From NCBI RefSeq assembly GCF_006345805.1, contig NC_042999.1, positions 70,680,001-70,744,000 on the forward strand: 64,000 bases of DNA, read 5' to 3'. Below the pieces are notes generated by a model. That model did no database searches. It had not been told where the DNA came from and saw nothing but the letters and a program-made list of their open reading frames with translations. Numbering within the stretch: the stretch's first letter is position 1; each line of letters opens with the position of its first letter. Shown piece after piece: positions 38,140 through 50,857 of this stretch. Source of the DNA: Octopus sinensis (lineage: Eukaryota). Made by a program: the position numbers and the translations under genes.

Positions 38140-38826
38140 CGTCACCGCTCAACTCATGGACGCAAGCAAATATTTCTTTACCGAATCATTACTGGCGACG
38201 AAAAATGGTGCCTATACATCAATATGAAGCAGTGTAAGGAATGACTTAGCCTCGGTAAACAAGTGACACCACGCATGAAACAAAATCTTCATCCACGTAA
38301 AATGATGTGCATATGGTGGGACTGGGAAGGGATTATCCATTACGAATTGCTTTAACGGAACAAAACAGTCAACGCGGAACTCTATGTTCAACAGATGGAA
38401 TGACTCAACACGGCTATTCAAGAGAAAAGACCTAATCGGCAGCATGGAGTTCTTCTGCTGCACGACAATGCCCACTCTCATATCGCCAATATGACTAAAG
38501 AAGCCTCCAAACATATGGCTGGGAAGTGCTGCCACACCCGCTGTACTCTCCTGATTTGACACCAACGGATTTCCACCTCTTTCAAATGCTATGTGTGGAG
38601 TTTCATTCAATACAGATGCAGAAGTGAGAGCTTGGTTTGATCAATTTTTCGAGTCGAAATCAGGTGATTTTTACCAATGGGGTATTGAAAATCTTGTTGA
38701 ATGTTGGAAAAAAGTTGCAAACAACAACGGTGAATACATTATTGATTAATTAGTTGTTATTTTTTATTAAACCTTTTAAAAAATTTTAATTTAAAAAAAA
38801 CAGCAAGAACTTAGTTGCCAACCTAA
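38140..38826 (+). mobile_element. Mariner transposase C-terminal half plus right TIR (pseudogene)
   Basis: IITGDEKWCLYIN, LLLHDNA and YSPDLTPTDFHLF, with internal stops; ends AAGAACTTAGTTGCCAACCTAA followed by TA. Left boundary approximate. Confidence 0.85.
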
Positions 38827-39014
38827 TATTTGTCCACTTAACTAAATGAATGCTATGAAACTGAATTTCAATTGAAGCAATTTTTTTCTTCATTTAAATG
38901 CATTGCTTCTAAGACACGTAAAATTGGCTCTTTGAAATGCTGCAAAATATTCTTTACTGAAAAACATTTGATATTCCTCAGTATATTAATGTTTCCTGGC
39001 AAACATTGAGCTCT

Positions 39015-40060
39015 TTATAAAGGTAGAGTAAAAATTGTTGTGCTCTTTTTGCAAATATTATTTTCTTCGGTGGCTGTTATAGTCTTCTTGATAATCATTT
39101 CTGCTATCTTTCTCTCGAACCTGTAGCCTAAATTTGGTTTAGAATCCAGAAATTTTTCAATAGAAGCATCCAGATCAAGAGGATCAATTTTACGTGTTGG
39201 CAACACTATCATATTAGCAACAGATTTGATCAAATTTGAAAGATCTTCAAGTAATTTTGTTTTGTCGACTGTTTGATTCAAACAGTTTATTCACTTCCTG
39301 AACATGTTTTAAAATTGGATGCAAAAATAAAAGGTAAAATCCATTCCTAGAATCACAAAATATTCCATGTAACGTTTGTGCTGTAAAGCATTTTTCTTTT
39401 TAGTTGTAGTTTGGAAGTGAGTTTGCAATTCAAACCATTGGCTTTAAATTCTATTTACCGGTGGTTCTATTGACAACCACCTAGTTGTAAAAGAATTCAT
39501 GATCTTCAAAGGATCTTTATCATTGATAGCAAGGTAAAGTTGTTTGTAGGCACTTTGTCTTGTTGAAGAATGAGAGGACCATTTACAGGTTTCGGATACT
39601 AAAAATTCTAAATATATGGGCAAGCATTCAGCAGAAGTGTGGGATACTGCCAACTGTAAAGAATGACATACACATCTAAATAGAAGTAATGATGGAACTT
39701 CTTTTAATTTCTGGAAAACACCATTGTTGACTCCTATCATTACTCTAGCATAGTCGGCTCCTATAGCCAATAAATTTTTTATATCTAATTTCTTTTCCAC
39801 TAATTCGATTTTTAAGGCATCTACAATACCATCTGCATCACATATTTTTAAAGATACCATACTGAGATATGTTTAAATCACATTTTTGTGAGTGTCACTA
39901 TAATATATGATAACAATTCCTAACAACTTGTTTATCGATATATCATTGGATTCATCTAATAACAGGCTAAATTTTTTATCTACTATATCAGAAATAAAAT
40001 CGGTCCAAAAAAGGTTCATTCATGAGATGTGACTGCAAAGAAGAGCACATATTCACTCTC
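39015..40060 (-). mobile_element. hAT-superfamily transposase fragment (pseudogene)
   Basis: KFSLLLDESNDIS (first catalytic D), IGADYARVMIGVNNGV, RCVCHSLQLAV (CxxH) and TTRWLSIE (TRW) motifs; stops and frameshifts. Confidence 0.8.
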
Positions 40061-40074
40061 TGCGCATGATTAGA

Positions 40075-40619
40075 CTGGGAAAGTTTGTGAGGAACCTATT
40101 GACCCAATTTGCCGACTTTCCCGATGGCATTCAGGTGTCAGTGAATGGTTGAAAATAATCAAATTCAAGGTTCTCTGCTAGTTCCTCAACAATTATGGTG
40201 GGATTTTGTTCCACCAAGATTTGCAAGACATCCTCATTGAGCTTTACAGATCTTCTAGGACGAGGCTCATCTTCTAGGCTGTAGTTTCCAGCTCGGAATT
40301 TCAGGAATCACCGTTGACACTGGCTTACACTTACTGTCTGATCCCCATCTACTGCATTAATATTCCTTGCACTTTCCGTTGCATTGTTGCCTTTATTGAA
40401 CTCATAAAGTAAAATATGCTGAATATACCCTGTTGTCATTTCCATTATAGCTTTGAAAAAATAACTGCTAAAATCAAACTGCACTGTTCAAAACTAGCAC
40501 TAAGAATAAGGACAGGGTAAAATTACTACTTGCAAGTTGATGCAGGTAGTTTATCCCATCCCCCTCCGACTTTTAGGTCATGCAATTGAAAAAACCGCAT
40601 TATTTATGGGATGACCCAA
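40075..40619 (-). mobile_element. Mariner left TIR plus N-terminal HTH fragment (pseudogene)
   Basis: TA then TTGGGTCATCCCATAAATAATGCGG; MEMTTGYIQHILLYEFNKGNNATESARNINAV...QR*FLKFRAGNYSLEDEPR. The TIR differs from that of the 38 kb element. Confidence 0.8.
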
Positions 40620-40869
40620 TATATAATGGGCTTCTGCACAGTTCATATCCTCCAAATTCCACTCACAATGTATTAGTAAACCCCAAACCCAGAACTATGT
40701 AGTCGCAAAGTACACTTAATATAGTCATAACACTTTGGTTTACTTTGTAAATGAAAAGAGAATATCAACAAAAGTTCTCAAAATTAATCCCTATTTGTTC
40801 CCCCCCAAATTCCTGTCCTTGGTATATTTGTAGAGAATTTTATTAAAAAGTATTCATTTTCTTGAAAGT

Positions 40870-43800
40870 TAGAACGAATTGAAGTGGACTCCGGTAAATT
40901 TTCCGAAATGATGCTTCCCAACTAAAGCAGAGATCGACCATCAGCACAGAAGTTGCAGAAATTAGACGAATGATTTCTGCTTTGAGTCGTGAAGTAGCAG
41001 GACTCAGAACCAGTGTCTGTCCGAAAACTCGCAGCGAAGGGTCATATCAGAGTGCCCTGCTCAGCAACTTACCTGTAGCTCGTACAGAACCTCAACGCAT
41101 CGAGGGAGTCGCTGAACCATCGGAGTGCCGGAAGATGTGGTAGATCTGCAGGCATTCATTGGAAATACAGCTAGGGATCTCAGCTGTCTCCCTTCAAAGA
41201 GTGCTTCCCGCCTTGGCCGACCGGGATCCAAACCCAGGCTGATCAGGCTGTTGTTTACGGGCTATACTGAGGCGCGGACATTCCATCTGGCTGCTGACAG
41301 AGCTCAGCGTGACAACATTATCAATTTTAGAACACGTCCTGGCCTACCACCCGATGTACGCCCAAAGCTCAGATCTGTAGCTTCCCTAAATCGCAACTCT
41401 GTGCCACGGGAGAGTTTTAGCCTCCGCGATGATGGGCAGATCTAGAAATTTATCAAGTCTGGTGAGTCGTGGATAAGGGATGCCAGTTGGACTGAGCAGA
41501 CTACACCCACAACAACAACTGGCAATACAAAAATCTTGGGAAACTAACCAAGAACAATCAGCCATCCCCTGTATATCATCATCTGAAATCCAGATATAAA
41601 CTGCTGTCCTTGAATGCCCGTAGTTTATGCAAACAGGGTGCATCTTTTTGTCTCCTACATCAAAAGTATCAACCCAGATTTCATCACAGTCACAGAAACA
41701 TGGGCACACTCTGCACTCTGTGATGGAGTTTTCAGCATAGCCGGCTACAACCTGTTCCGCAAAGACCGCATTAATCGCTGTGGAGGGGGTGTAATGATTT
41801 ATGTTCGATCAAATCTATTGGCAATCCCCTGTGATGATTTGAACCAATCTCAGCAGGAAGTATTTTTTTGCAATATGCACATGACCATGTCAACACTTCT
41901 GTTCGGAGTCGTTTACCGTCCTCCAAATTATCGCCAAGACGCACAGCTTTTTGATATCCTCAGAGCTGCTGCCATGAAAACAGCCACATATGTGTATATT
42001 GCGGGCGACTTCAATTTCCCTGAGATTGACTGGGAGGCCTTCCGTTGGCCGCAAAATGCAGACGATTTCCTTGAACTGGTGCTGAATTCAAATTGGTCCC
42101 AAGTTGTTACCTCTCCCACAAGGGGTAACAACACTTTGGATCTGCTACTAACCGCTTCTCCTGAAACAATCATTAGTGTCACTACCGAAGAACCTTTAGG
42201 TGACTCTGATCATTCCATGATCATGGCCGACTTGTCTCTGACAACCATCTTCAGACTGCCCGCTTTGACTGGAATAAAGCAAACTGGAGCTCTTATTGTA
42301 CTGAGCTGCAACGCCCAAACTGGCGCGAATTTTATGCCTCTGGAGATGTGGACACTATACTCCAGAACATTCTGAATTCAATATGGGCAGCATGTGCAGC
42401 ATCAGTACCACGCAAGCACAAAAAACCACCCAATAGTGCAATTTGGGAGACTGCAGCAGTCCGACTTGCCAGGAAAGAACGCCGTAATGCTGAACAGGAA
42501 TACAAATTGCACAAATCAGAGAGCAACAGGAAAAAGCGCAATAGGTCAGCCAACCACCTCAAGCAGGTGACAAAAAAGGCAGTGCTTGAATTTGAACAAC
42601 ACATTGCAGCTAACCCTGACAGCAAAGTGTTCTGGAAGTATGTGCACTCAAAGCAGAGACCCCACTCTCCAGTTGGTCCCCTTCGCAATCCCCACACAGG
42701 ACAGATTACTGGCAATCCTGAAGAATGTGCAGAAATTATTGCTGGATGCTATGCCGGCATCTTTACTGTCGAAGACCAAAATGTTCCATCTTCATCACCA
42801 CTGACATCGGACTCTATATCTACTATGCAATTTACACCAGCAATGCTGCAACGCCACCTTAAAAATAAACGCAATTATGCCTCTCCTGGTCTCGATGGTG
42901 TTACATACCTACTTCTCAAACGCAGTGGGTACTTTTGTCTTGACAATGGTGTTACTACAGAACAGTGGAAAACTGCCAGTGTCATCCCTCTGTTCAAAAA
43001 AGGCGACCGCACATCGCCTGTCAACTATCGCCCCGTCAGTCTTACTAGCTGCATCGCCAAACTGATGGAATCCTGTATCAGAGAAACCCTCTGGAACTTC
43101 TGGAAGTCTCACAGCCTCATCCAGCCGTCACAATTCGGATTTATTCCTAACTCCAGCTGCTGTAATCAACTCATCGAGTTTCTTGAGGACGTTACCCAAA
43201 TCACTGATCGCGGATCCTGGGTGGATGTTGTTTACCTGGACTTTGCTAAGGCTTTTAACTCTGTGCCACACAAAAGACTTATGGTGAAGCTTTCTGCGTT
43301 GGGTGTAAGAGACGAACTCTATAACTGGTTGAAGTCCTTTATTTTCAACTGAAAAGAGGTTGTCACAGTTCTAGGACAGCACTCTTCGCCCTATGAGATG
43401 ACATCTGGTGTACCACAGGGATCTGTTCTTGGCCCCCTTTTATTTGTTGCATATGTTAATGACATAGATGCCAACTTAAAGAATGCCACAGTGCTGAAAT
43501 ATGCAGATGACATCAAGCTGTACCTCGAAATAAAGAGGTCAAATCCTGTACACTATAGATCTCTATTGCAAGCAGACCTGGACACAATGCAGCATGGATC
43601 ATGGACTGGCAACTCAAGCTGGCTGTGGACAAATGTACCACCATGCATTTTGGGAGGAGAAACCCAGCGTCCACCTACTCCCTCCACAACACTAGTCTCA
43701 AAAGGTCTTCATGTGAACGTGACCTGGGTGTTATTGTCGACAGTGATTTGCGTTGGACAAAACACATCGCTAAAATTGTCAAGAAGGCTGAGGGTATCTT

Positions 43801-44455
43801 GGCATCACTCACCAAATCCTTTGTGAGCCGCTCTCCGGCTATCTATCTGCAGCTTTATATAGCTGTGGTAAGACCTCACCTGGAATTTGCATCACCGGTC
43901 TGGAACCCCTATCTTGCCCAGGATATCAATCGTCTGGAAGCTGTTCAGCGAAGTGCAACCAAAAGAATACCCTCCATCAGGCATTTGCCATATCCTGAAC
44001 GCCTTACTTCCCTGGGCATTGAAACTCCGACATCTGGCAGCTGACTTGGCAGACACCCATAAAATTATCAACCATCGTACAAACAATAACTCTGAGCACC
44101 TTTTCAAACTCCACCCATCTAACACCCGTGGACATATTTACAAAGTCAGAAAACAGCACAACTCCCATGACTTCAGGAAACATTTTTTCACGCTGAGAGT
44201 TGCTGAAGCATGGAACAAACTGCCGGCATCAGTTGTTAGTTGTCGGAGCACTGCATCCTTCAAAACTTCCATGCTTTCTGAGATTCGTCAACACTACACC
44301 TGATTTTCTCCCCTCCATACACACACAGGCATGTATCTGACTCATACATTGTTCGCTTTCCAGACATTTTTACATTACTGCATGTACTTTATATGCACTT
44401 TCTGACAAGTTGTGGTGCACCTGAGCACTGTATACAATAATTTCATTATTATTAT
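40870..44455 (+). mobile_element. Near full-length CR1-type LINE (ORF1 remnant, APE endonuclease, RT), inactivated
   Basis: ORF1-like RLGRPGSKPRLIRL; endonuclease VTETW, GGGVMIY, GDFN, NTLDLLL, SDH; RT NYRPVSLTS, QFGF, YLDFAKAFNSV, GVPQGSVLGPLLF, YADD, ERDLGV; (ATT)n tail. In-frame TGA at 43350 and at least 3 frameshifts. 5' boundary approximate. Confidence 0.93.
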
Positions 44456-46118
44456 TTTAAATTCCCCACCAACCCCACTCCTAAAACAGCCCCCCCCCAA
44501 GCTTTGTATATTCGGAATATACATGATATAACACATATTCGTAGTAAATTTCATCAAAAAATATCCATTGGGGGGGGGAAGTTATGATCGGTGAGAGGAT
44601 CCGGAACACCCCCGAATTGTCTCCCCCCACCTGTTCGCCAACGCGCATTTTTTTTTATATTCGTTTACTACATGTTGTTTTACACATATTACAATTTTTT
44701 TTTTTCATTTTTATTTCTCGGGTCAAACGCTGGAGGTTAATCGAAATCTGTAGTTATGGTAACAAAAGTGAGCAATTTATGCTAACACATAAGGCAAACT
44801 AAAACCATATTCTACATCGCAGCAGCTTTACTGTAATGTTCTAATTTTCTCAGCAATAATTTTTCTCAGCATCGAACTCGAAATGTATATAATAATCATT
44901 TTTGAGAGCCGGTTCGCATGAAATGGTGAAGCGTCAACATCCTAGCTCGTAATAAACATAATGCCATAACTGACATAAGGTTCCAATTCGTAGCTAATTA
45001 GTCAAACAAATGAATTTGGAATTTCTGAATTTGCTAATGAGAAAATGTATGGAATGAAATATGTTTGTCAGCAGGCAAAAATACATGTTTGATGTTGTTT
45101 AAGTTAGTCTGTCCAACGAACCGAGCGCCTAATCCGAAACTACGCAACTTTTTTTTTTCTTTCATGAAGAGTGTATTATTTTGATTAAAAAATCAAATTA
45201 AGAAGAATCCGACTTAAAACATTTAATGAGCACGATATCAAAATTAATGTTTGTAAAGTGACTGTAATAACTTCAATAACTGTATATGATATATTTATTT
45301 ATATTCTGGGACACCTTATTGAACGAGTGTTTCATCATAGACAACAGGAAGAAGACAAAAAAAAAAGATATTCTGTAGATATCTGCATTAAAAACACCAA
45401 ACAAGTAGTTCAAATATTAAATTTCAGCTTGAAATATTGTAAACAAAATACTGGTTACGATATTCCACTGTATTTTTTGATAACGATTATTGGGTGCTAG
45501 CCTGGAACTACATAGTTTCAATTACATTTCAGTTATGTAGGAATTAATATTTAAAAGTAAATTCTTATCTATTGTAAATTTCGATTGTAATACATGAAAA
45601 GTATCATTAGAAAGATATAATAAAAAAAGCAATATACGCACCATTGTAAATTCTAATAAATTTTGTTACACGAGCAACATTTTGTTATTGATAATCACGT
45701 TGCCGAGGGAAATCCGATTTCGCGCCAAATATGCTCTGTTGATCTAAAAAGTTAAAATTATTTAATTCTTAATTATGAGATGTATTTTGTTATTGACTAG
45801 GCATTTAAAAAAATTACAAAATACTAATATAATTTTTAAAAGTGAATATTAAATTATTCAATTAAAAAAATTTCGATCCGTTTGTAAGTAAAGGGAGATG
45901 AATGCAATCGAAAGTTATCTCGTTACTTCCCTTACACCATCGTGTCTTCCTTAGTTCCATCCAAGTCTTTAAACATTAATTTCGTCTATCCAGGAATTTA
46001 CCGCCCCGTTTTTAAGCATATTTTAATGGAATTATTTACTTCATTATATCGTCCTTTATGTTATATAATATCATTTAAATCTGTTTTCTTTAACAAGACA
46101 TTTCTTGTTCCATACCAA

Positions 46119-46194
46119 GGATCTTTTCACTTTGACCGGCAGATTTTTACAAAGAAATTATTTTAAAAATCTGCCGGTCAAAGCGAAAAGATCC
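46119..46194. mobile_element. 76-bp palindromic mini-element with 8-bp TSD
   Basis: 31-bp arms at 46119-46149 and 46164-46194 with one mismatch, 14-nt loop, and CATACCAA at 46111-46118 and 46195-46202. Confidence 0.8.
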
Positions 46195-46993
46195 CATACC
46201 AATTCCTCTAAATAACTACATTTTTTTTTTTTAATAATAATTTCTAAGTAACCGCTCACCAATTAAATCATCTGTTTCATTCATATGACGAATCTTAAAT
46301 TTTGTATATCATATCCTTTCGATATAGTGACCGAAAAATTACATTTTACTCAACTTGCTACAGTTCAAACTTTTGGAGGAGCTGAGCTGCTTGTTGCCTG
46401 CCGCTAACCCCGAAATTCTTGACTTCTTTGGCGTCTCGTTTGACAAATGGGACAGCTCGTGAATGGTTCGTGGCTGTTCCAGCGTCTCAGCCTTGCACTC
46501 GTTTGCGTTTAATGTTTTCTTAATATTATAGATTGATTCTGTCGATAAAGTGATTAACAGGAGTACTATTGAAAGGCCCAATTAAGCAACATAAATTATT
46601 ACGGGGGGTTGTGTTCCAGCGTCGCTTAATAGGCAAAATTCTGAGAACTGTTCATAGTATGATGTCGTCATCATCATCATCCTCATCATTTCTTTATTAG
46701 GCATAAAACCCTAAACACAGACAGGGACACCACAAGGACAGACAAGGCCACAGTGGGGACAAAAAACATAAAATGAATGTAAATGATATGAAATTATATA
46801 AAAATGAAAATAGTCGCATTGGCCCCACTCCCATGCAATACCATTTGAACCGTTATATACATTATCCACAATTGTTCTTTGTTTTTGTTTTTTTTCCACC
46901 ATTATTTTTCCTCAAGATAACAAAACATTTTACTTTTCCTCTTTGCCTACAATTTAACATACTTATTTTTCTTTTTAATAATACTTCATCAGT

Positions 46994-47367
46994 GGCGTAG
47001 GAGTGGCTGTGTAGCAAGTAGCTTGCTTACGAACCACATGGTTCCAGGTTCAGTCCCACTGCGGGGCTCCTTGGGCAAGTGTTTTCTATAGCCTCAGGCC
47101 GACCAAAGCCTCGTGAGTGGATTTGGTAGACAGAAACTGAAAGAAGCCCGTCGTATATATGTGTATGTTTGTGTGTCTGTGTTTGTCCCCCCCCCCCCCA
47201 GCATCGCTTGATAACCGATGCTGGCTGGTTTACGTCCCCATAACTTAGAGACCGATTGATTAAGTACTAGGCTTACAAAGAATAAGTCCTGGGGATGATT
47301 TGCTCGACCAAAGGCTGTGCCCCAGCATGGCCATAGTCAAATAACTGAAACAAGTAAAAGAGTAAAG
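46994..47367 (+). mobile_element. tRNA-derived SINE, best-preserved copy of an abundant family
   Basis: Head GGCGTAGGAGTGGCTGTG...GGTTCAGTCCCACTGC, then CCTTGGGCAAGTG and GGATTTGGTAGACAGAAACTGAAAGAAGCCCGTC; A-rich end. Related pieces near 15340, 21800, 24650, 25860, 31800, 32200, 36100, 55010 and 62090. Confidence 0.8.
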
Positions 47368-47369
47368 TG

Positions 47370-48210
47370 GTTCAATGTCTCTTAGTTCCACTACTGGTGG
47401 CAACTCTTTGAATTTCACCCTCACTCCTGGTGGGTCAACATTATCTCCTTCAGTCTTGTAGTTATCCTTTTCAATCACTATTGCCTTCATATCCTCTGCA
47501 TATATGTATGATGGCACCTTCACTCTTACTATTGATTGAAACTTAAATTATCTTCTTTTCTGTTTCTATATTTTTTGGGTATGTCACATAATACCAAACT
47601 CCATTTCCTCCTCATGTTTTCTTTTCTTTATCTTGGACTCTTTGTTCTCTCTTTTCTTCCTCCACTCTAAATAGTCTCTCCATCTCACCATCGTACAGTT
47701 GGATTTCCAAATCTTTCTCCACTGGAACAACTGGTATCTTTACTGGTAACTCCACTTCCTTTTAACTTTCTTTTTCTTTCACCCTTTTATCTTCCTTCCT
47801 ACTGACCTCCTTCACAGTTTCTTTTCTCACCTCTTCTCTCTTCTTTTCTGCTTCTCTAGCAGAGAACCCATTTCTCCGCTCCTCCTTTTTTTTTAACCAT
47901 AGTGAATTCATCCTCTGTTTCTTCTTCTGTTGCCTCGACCTGTACTACCTGGTCCATACTCTCCTGTCTCTCTACCTGCTGCTTTCTCTGGGTACACCAT
48001 ACCTTCATGTGGCCCTTTTCTCCACATGTGAAGCATAGCAGTCTGCCCTCCACTATAACTTTCAGTCTCACATCTTCTAGGAGCACAATCCCTTCCACCA
48101 CACTGTTCAAGTCCTCCATTGTTACCTGAATTGTTAATTCTATGCCATATCCCCAGTAGTTCACTTTCTGGGTCCTTGTTGCCTTCAAAATCTTCCCATC
48201 TTTCATGTTA
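47370..48210 (-). mobile_element. Retroelement ORF1/gag-like remnant with CCHC zinc knuckle
   Basis: ORF 47856-48206 contains CFTCGEKGHMKVWC (C-x2-C-x4-H-x4-C), followed by K/E-rich low-complexity sequence; no RT next to it. Confidence 0.6.
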
Positions 48211-48388
48211 TATGTTATGGCTGTAAATGAATCTGCCCAGATTGCTGTACAGTGGAATCAAAATCACTGTGCCAGCAACAATGCTCACGCTCATGCCAAT
48301 TGTTGGACAAAAAAAAATGGATGTGTAACAAGAAGATGTAATTAATGAATTAATGCAACAAGAGAAAAATTAAGTGTAGGGAGGATAT

Positions 48389-48852
48389 GGGCATGGACAC
48401 ATTGAAACTCCAACGTCTGGCAGCTGACTTGGCAGACACCCATAAAATTATCAACCATCGTACAAACAATAACTCTGAGCACCTTTTCAAACTCCAACCA
48501 TCTAACACCCGTGGACATATTTACAAAGTAAGAAAACAGCACAGCTCCCATGACTTTAGGAAACATTTTTTCACGCTGAGAGTTGCTGAAGCATGGAACA
48601 AACTGCCGGCATCAGTTATTAGTTGTCGGAGCACTGCATCCTTCAAAACTTCCATGCTTTCTGAGATTCGCCAACACTACACCTGATTTTCTCCCCTCCA
48701 TACACACACAAGCATGTATCTGACTCATGCATTGTTCGCTTTCCAGACATTTTTACATTACTGCATATACTCTATACGCACTTTCTGACAAGTTGTGGTG
48801 CACCTGAGCACTGTATACAATAATTTCATTATTATTATTATTATATTATTAT
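48389..48852 (+). mobile_element. 5'-truncated CR1-type LINE 3' end
   Basis: Nearly identical to about 44010-44455 (protein LADTHKIINHRTNNNSEHLFKL.PSNTRGHIYKVRKQH); (ATT)n tail. Confidence 0.92.
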
Positions 48853-50757
48853 TTGGATGTGTGCATGTAAGAAGGTTTGAAATGTAAAAATGTATGTTTT
48901 ACATGAAAGTAACAATGAATATCCGAAGGCAATGTTTTTGATTAACAAACGTAGCAATTTATTCTTGGGTCACACATAAAGTAGCAGGCACATCAGAGAT
49001 AAGCATTCATGACAACAGGGTGTAGTGAGACAAAAGTTAATTCTTTCACCCACATCAAGGTAATTAGCTCTGGTACTTGGCTGCAAATCTAAAATATCCT
49101 ATGAGTTTTGAATGGTAGTGAGGTGAGGTAGATATCCATAGTTGTATGAATGCTATTTTCTGTTCAGCATTAATTCAGCAACATTTTGTTGTCTGGACAA
49201 ACGACTTCTCAGGAACTGAGTTTTCTTTTCAAATCTTGCATGTCACTGCTGGGTCATGTGTATCTTCCATGGTCAGCAGTGATTGGATGTTTTGGGCATA
49301 GCACAACTGTGTTATGCTACTACAACAAAATAGTGTTAAAATGTCTCACTCCAGATGTGTAGCTTCATTTCAGGAAACATAGACTAGGATCATCCACATC
49401 ACAGAAATTTCAACAAGAAGGACATTTGGCTGTAAAACACTGTCTTAGAAAACTTGTTCAAAGAAGCGGATGTAAAACAATGATGGTGATAATGACAATG
49501 GTAAAAATAAAAAATACAGTATATAAAATTGGTATTGGTACCAGTTAATAGAATTTTCAACAGCATAAAAGCACCCAGCACACTCTGTAAAGTGGTTGGC
49601 ATCAGGAAGGGCATACAGCTGTAGAAACAATGCCAAACCTGACTGGAGTCTGGTGCAGCTCTGCTATCTTTCTCTCTAACTCCCTCCCATCTCCGTCTCC
49701 TTCCTTGTCCCACTGGAAGACAACTAGCCCTGCCCCTCCATCATACTCGAACAGCTCTCCTGGACATGGCCACTTTTCTCAGTTCCACTCCTTTCAGCTG
49801 AGAAGTCTTTGTCTTGTTACTTCACAACCCCATAGGTGATAATGTTATGTAAAATACACATGTGCTGGTCATGTAAAAATACACCCATGTAAAAAGTACC
49901 TGAGGACCTGTGCTGACTACACATAGAAAGTACACATGCTGGCACCACATAAAAAGCATTCATGCTGGCCCCACTAAAAAAGCTCCCTTTCTGCATCACA
50001 TAAAAAATATCCAGTACACTCTGTAAAGTGGTTCGCATTAGGAAGGACATCCAACCAGAGAAATACTAAAAAAGACAATTGTAGCATGGTGCAGCTTGCC
50101 AGGTCCTGTCAAACCATCCAACCCATACCGATATGGAAAATGGATGTTAAATGGTGATGGTGATGACGATGATATGTGTGTGTATATGTGTATCATCAAC
50201 ATCGTCATTTCATGTCATAACAAAAGGAATGAGACAATTGGTTAATGCAGTCCTAACACCTTTATACCGGGAAAAATAAAACAAATGGGAAATAGGATGA
50301 GAACACTTTCCTTTATAGGTCTTTTCAATTAGAGATGACATGGGACTAAACAGCAACCACAAATAATTAAGCAAATTCGTGTGTCACAAGGTGAGTTAAA
50401 TTTTGACATTAGAAACATCAGAAAACATAACCTTCTCACCTAACAATGCACAAAACATATCAGATTTTACCAAGCTTATTGCAGTAGTTTCTCAGAATTA
50501 AGATAATGGAATTTTAGGTGTTGTTTAGATCTGCATCCAGTCTGAAAGTAGTTACAGTTTCACATGTATAAAGGTCTGTACTTGTCTCTTCTAAGATCTA
50601 AACAGAAATAATTGTATATGTTTCATGTTGTGTTTAGATACAAAAGAATGAAGATAGCTAACAGTAGCTGAATTGGTTTGAGTGGAACAACTCTTTTTTT
50701 GTACATATTTTCTGCACCCACTTCATATATATATATATATATATATACATACATATA

Positions 50758-50793
<36 letters not shown>

Positions 50794-50824
50794 ATATATA
50801 TATATATATATGTATATGTATATA

Positions 50825-50855
<31 letters not shown>

Positions 50856-50857
<2 letters not shown>

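Noticed and set aside
38140-40619. Composite transposon of two mariner halves carrying a hAT gene
   Set aside because: The two mariner TIRs are unrelated, the halves are on opposite strands, and no shared TSD is visible.
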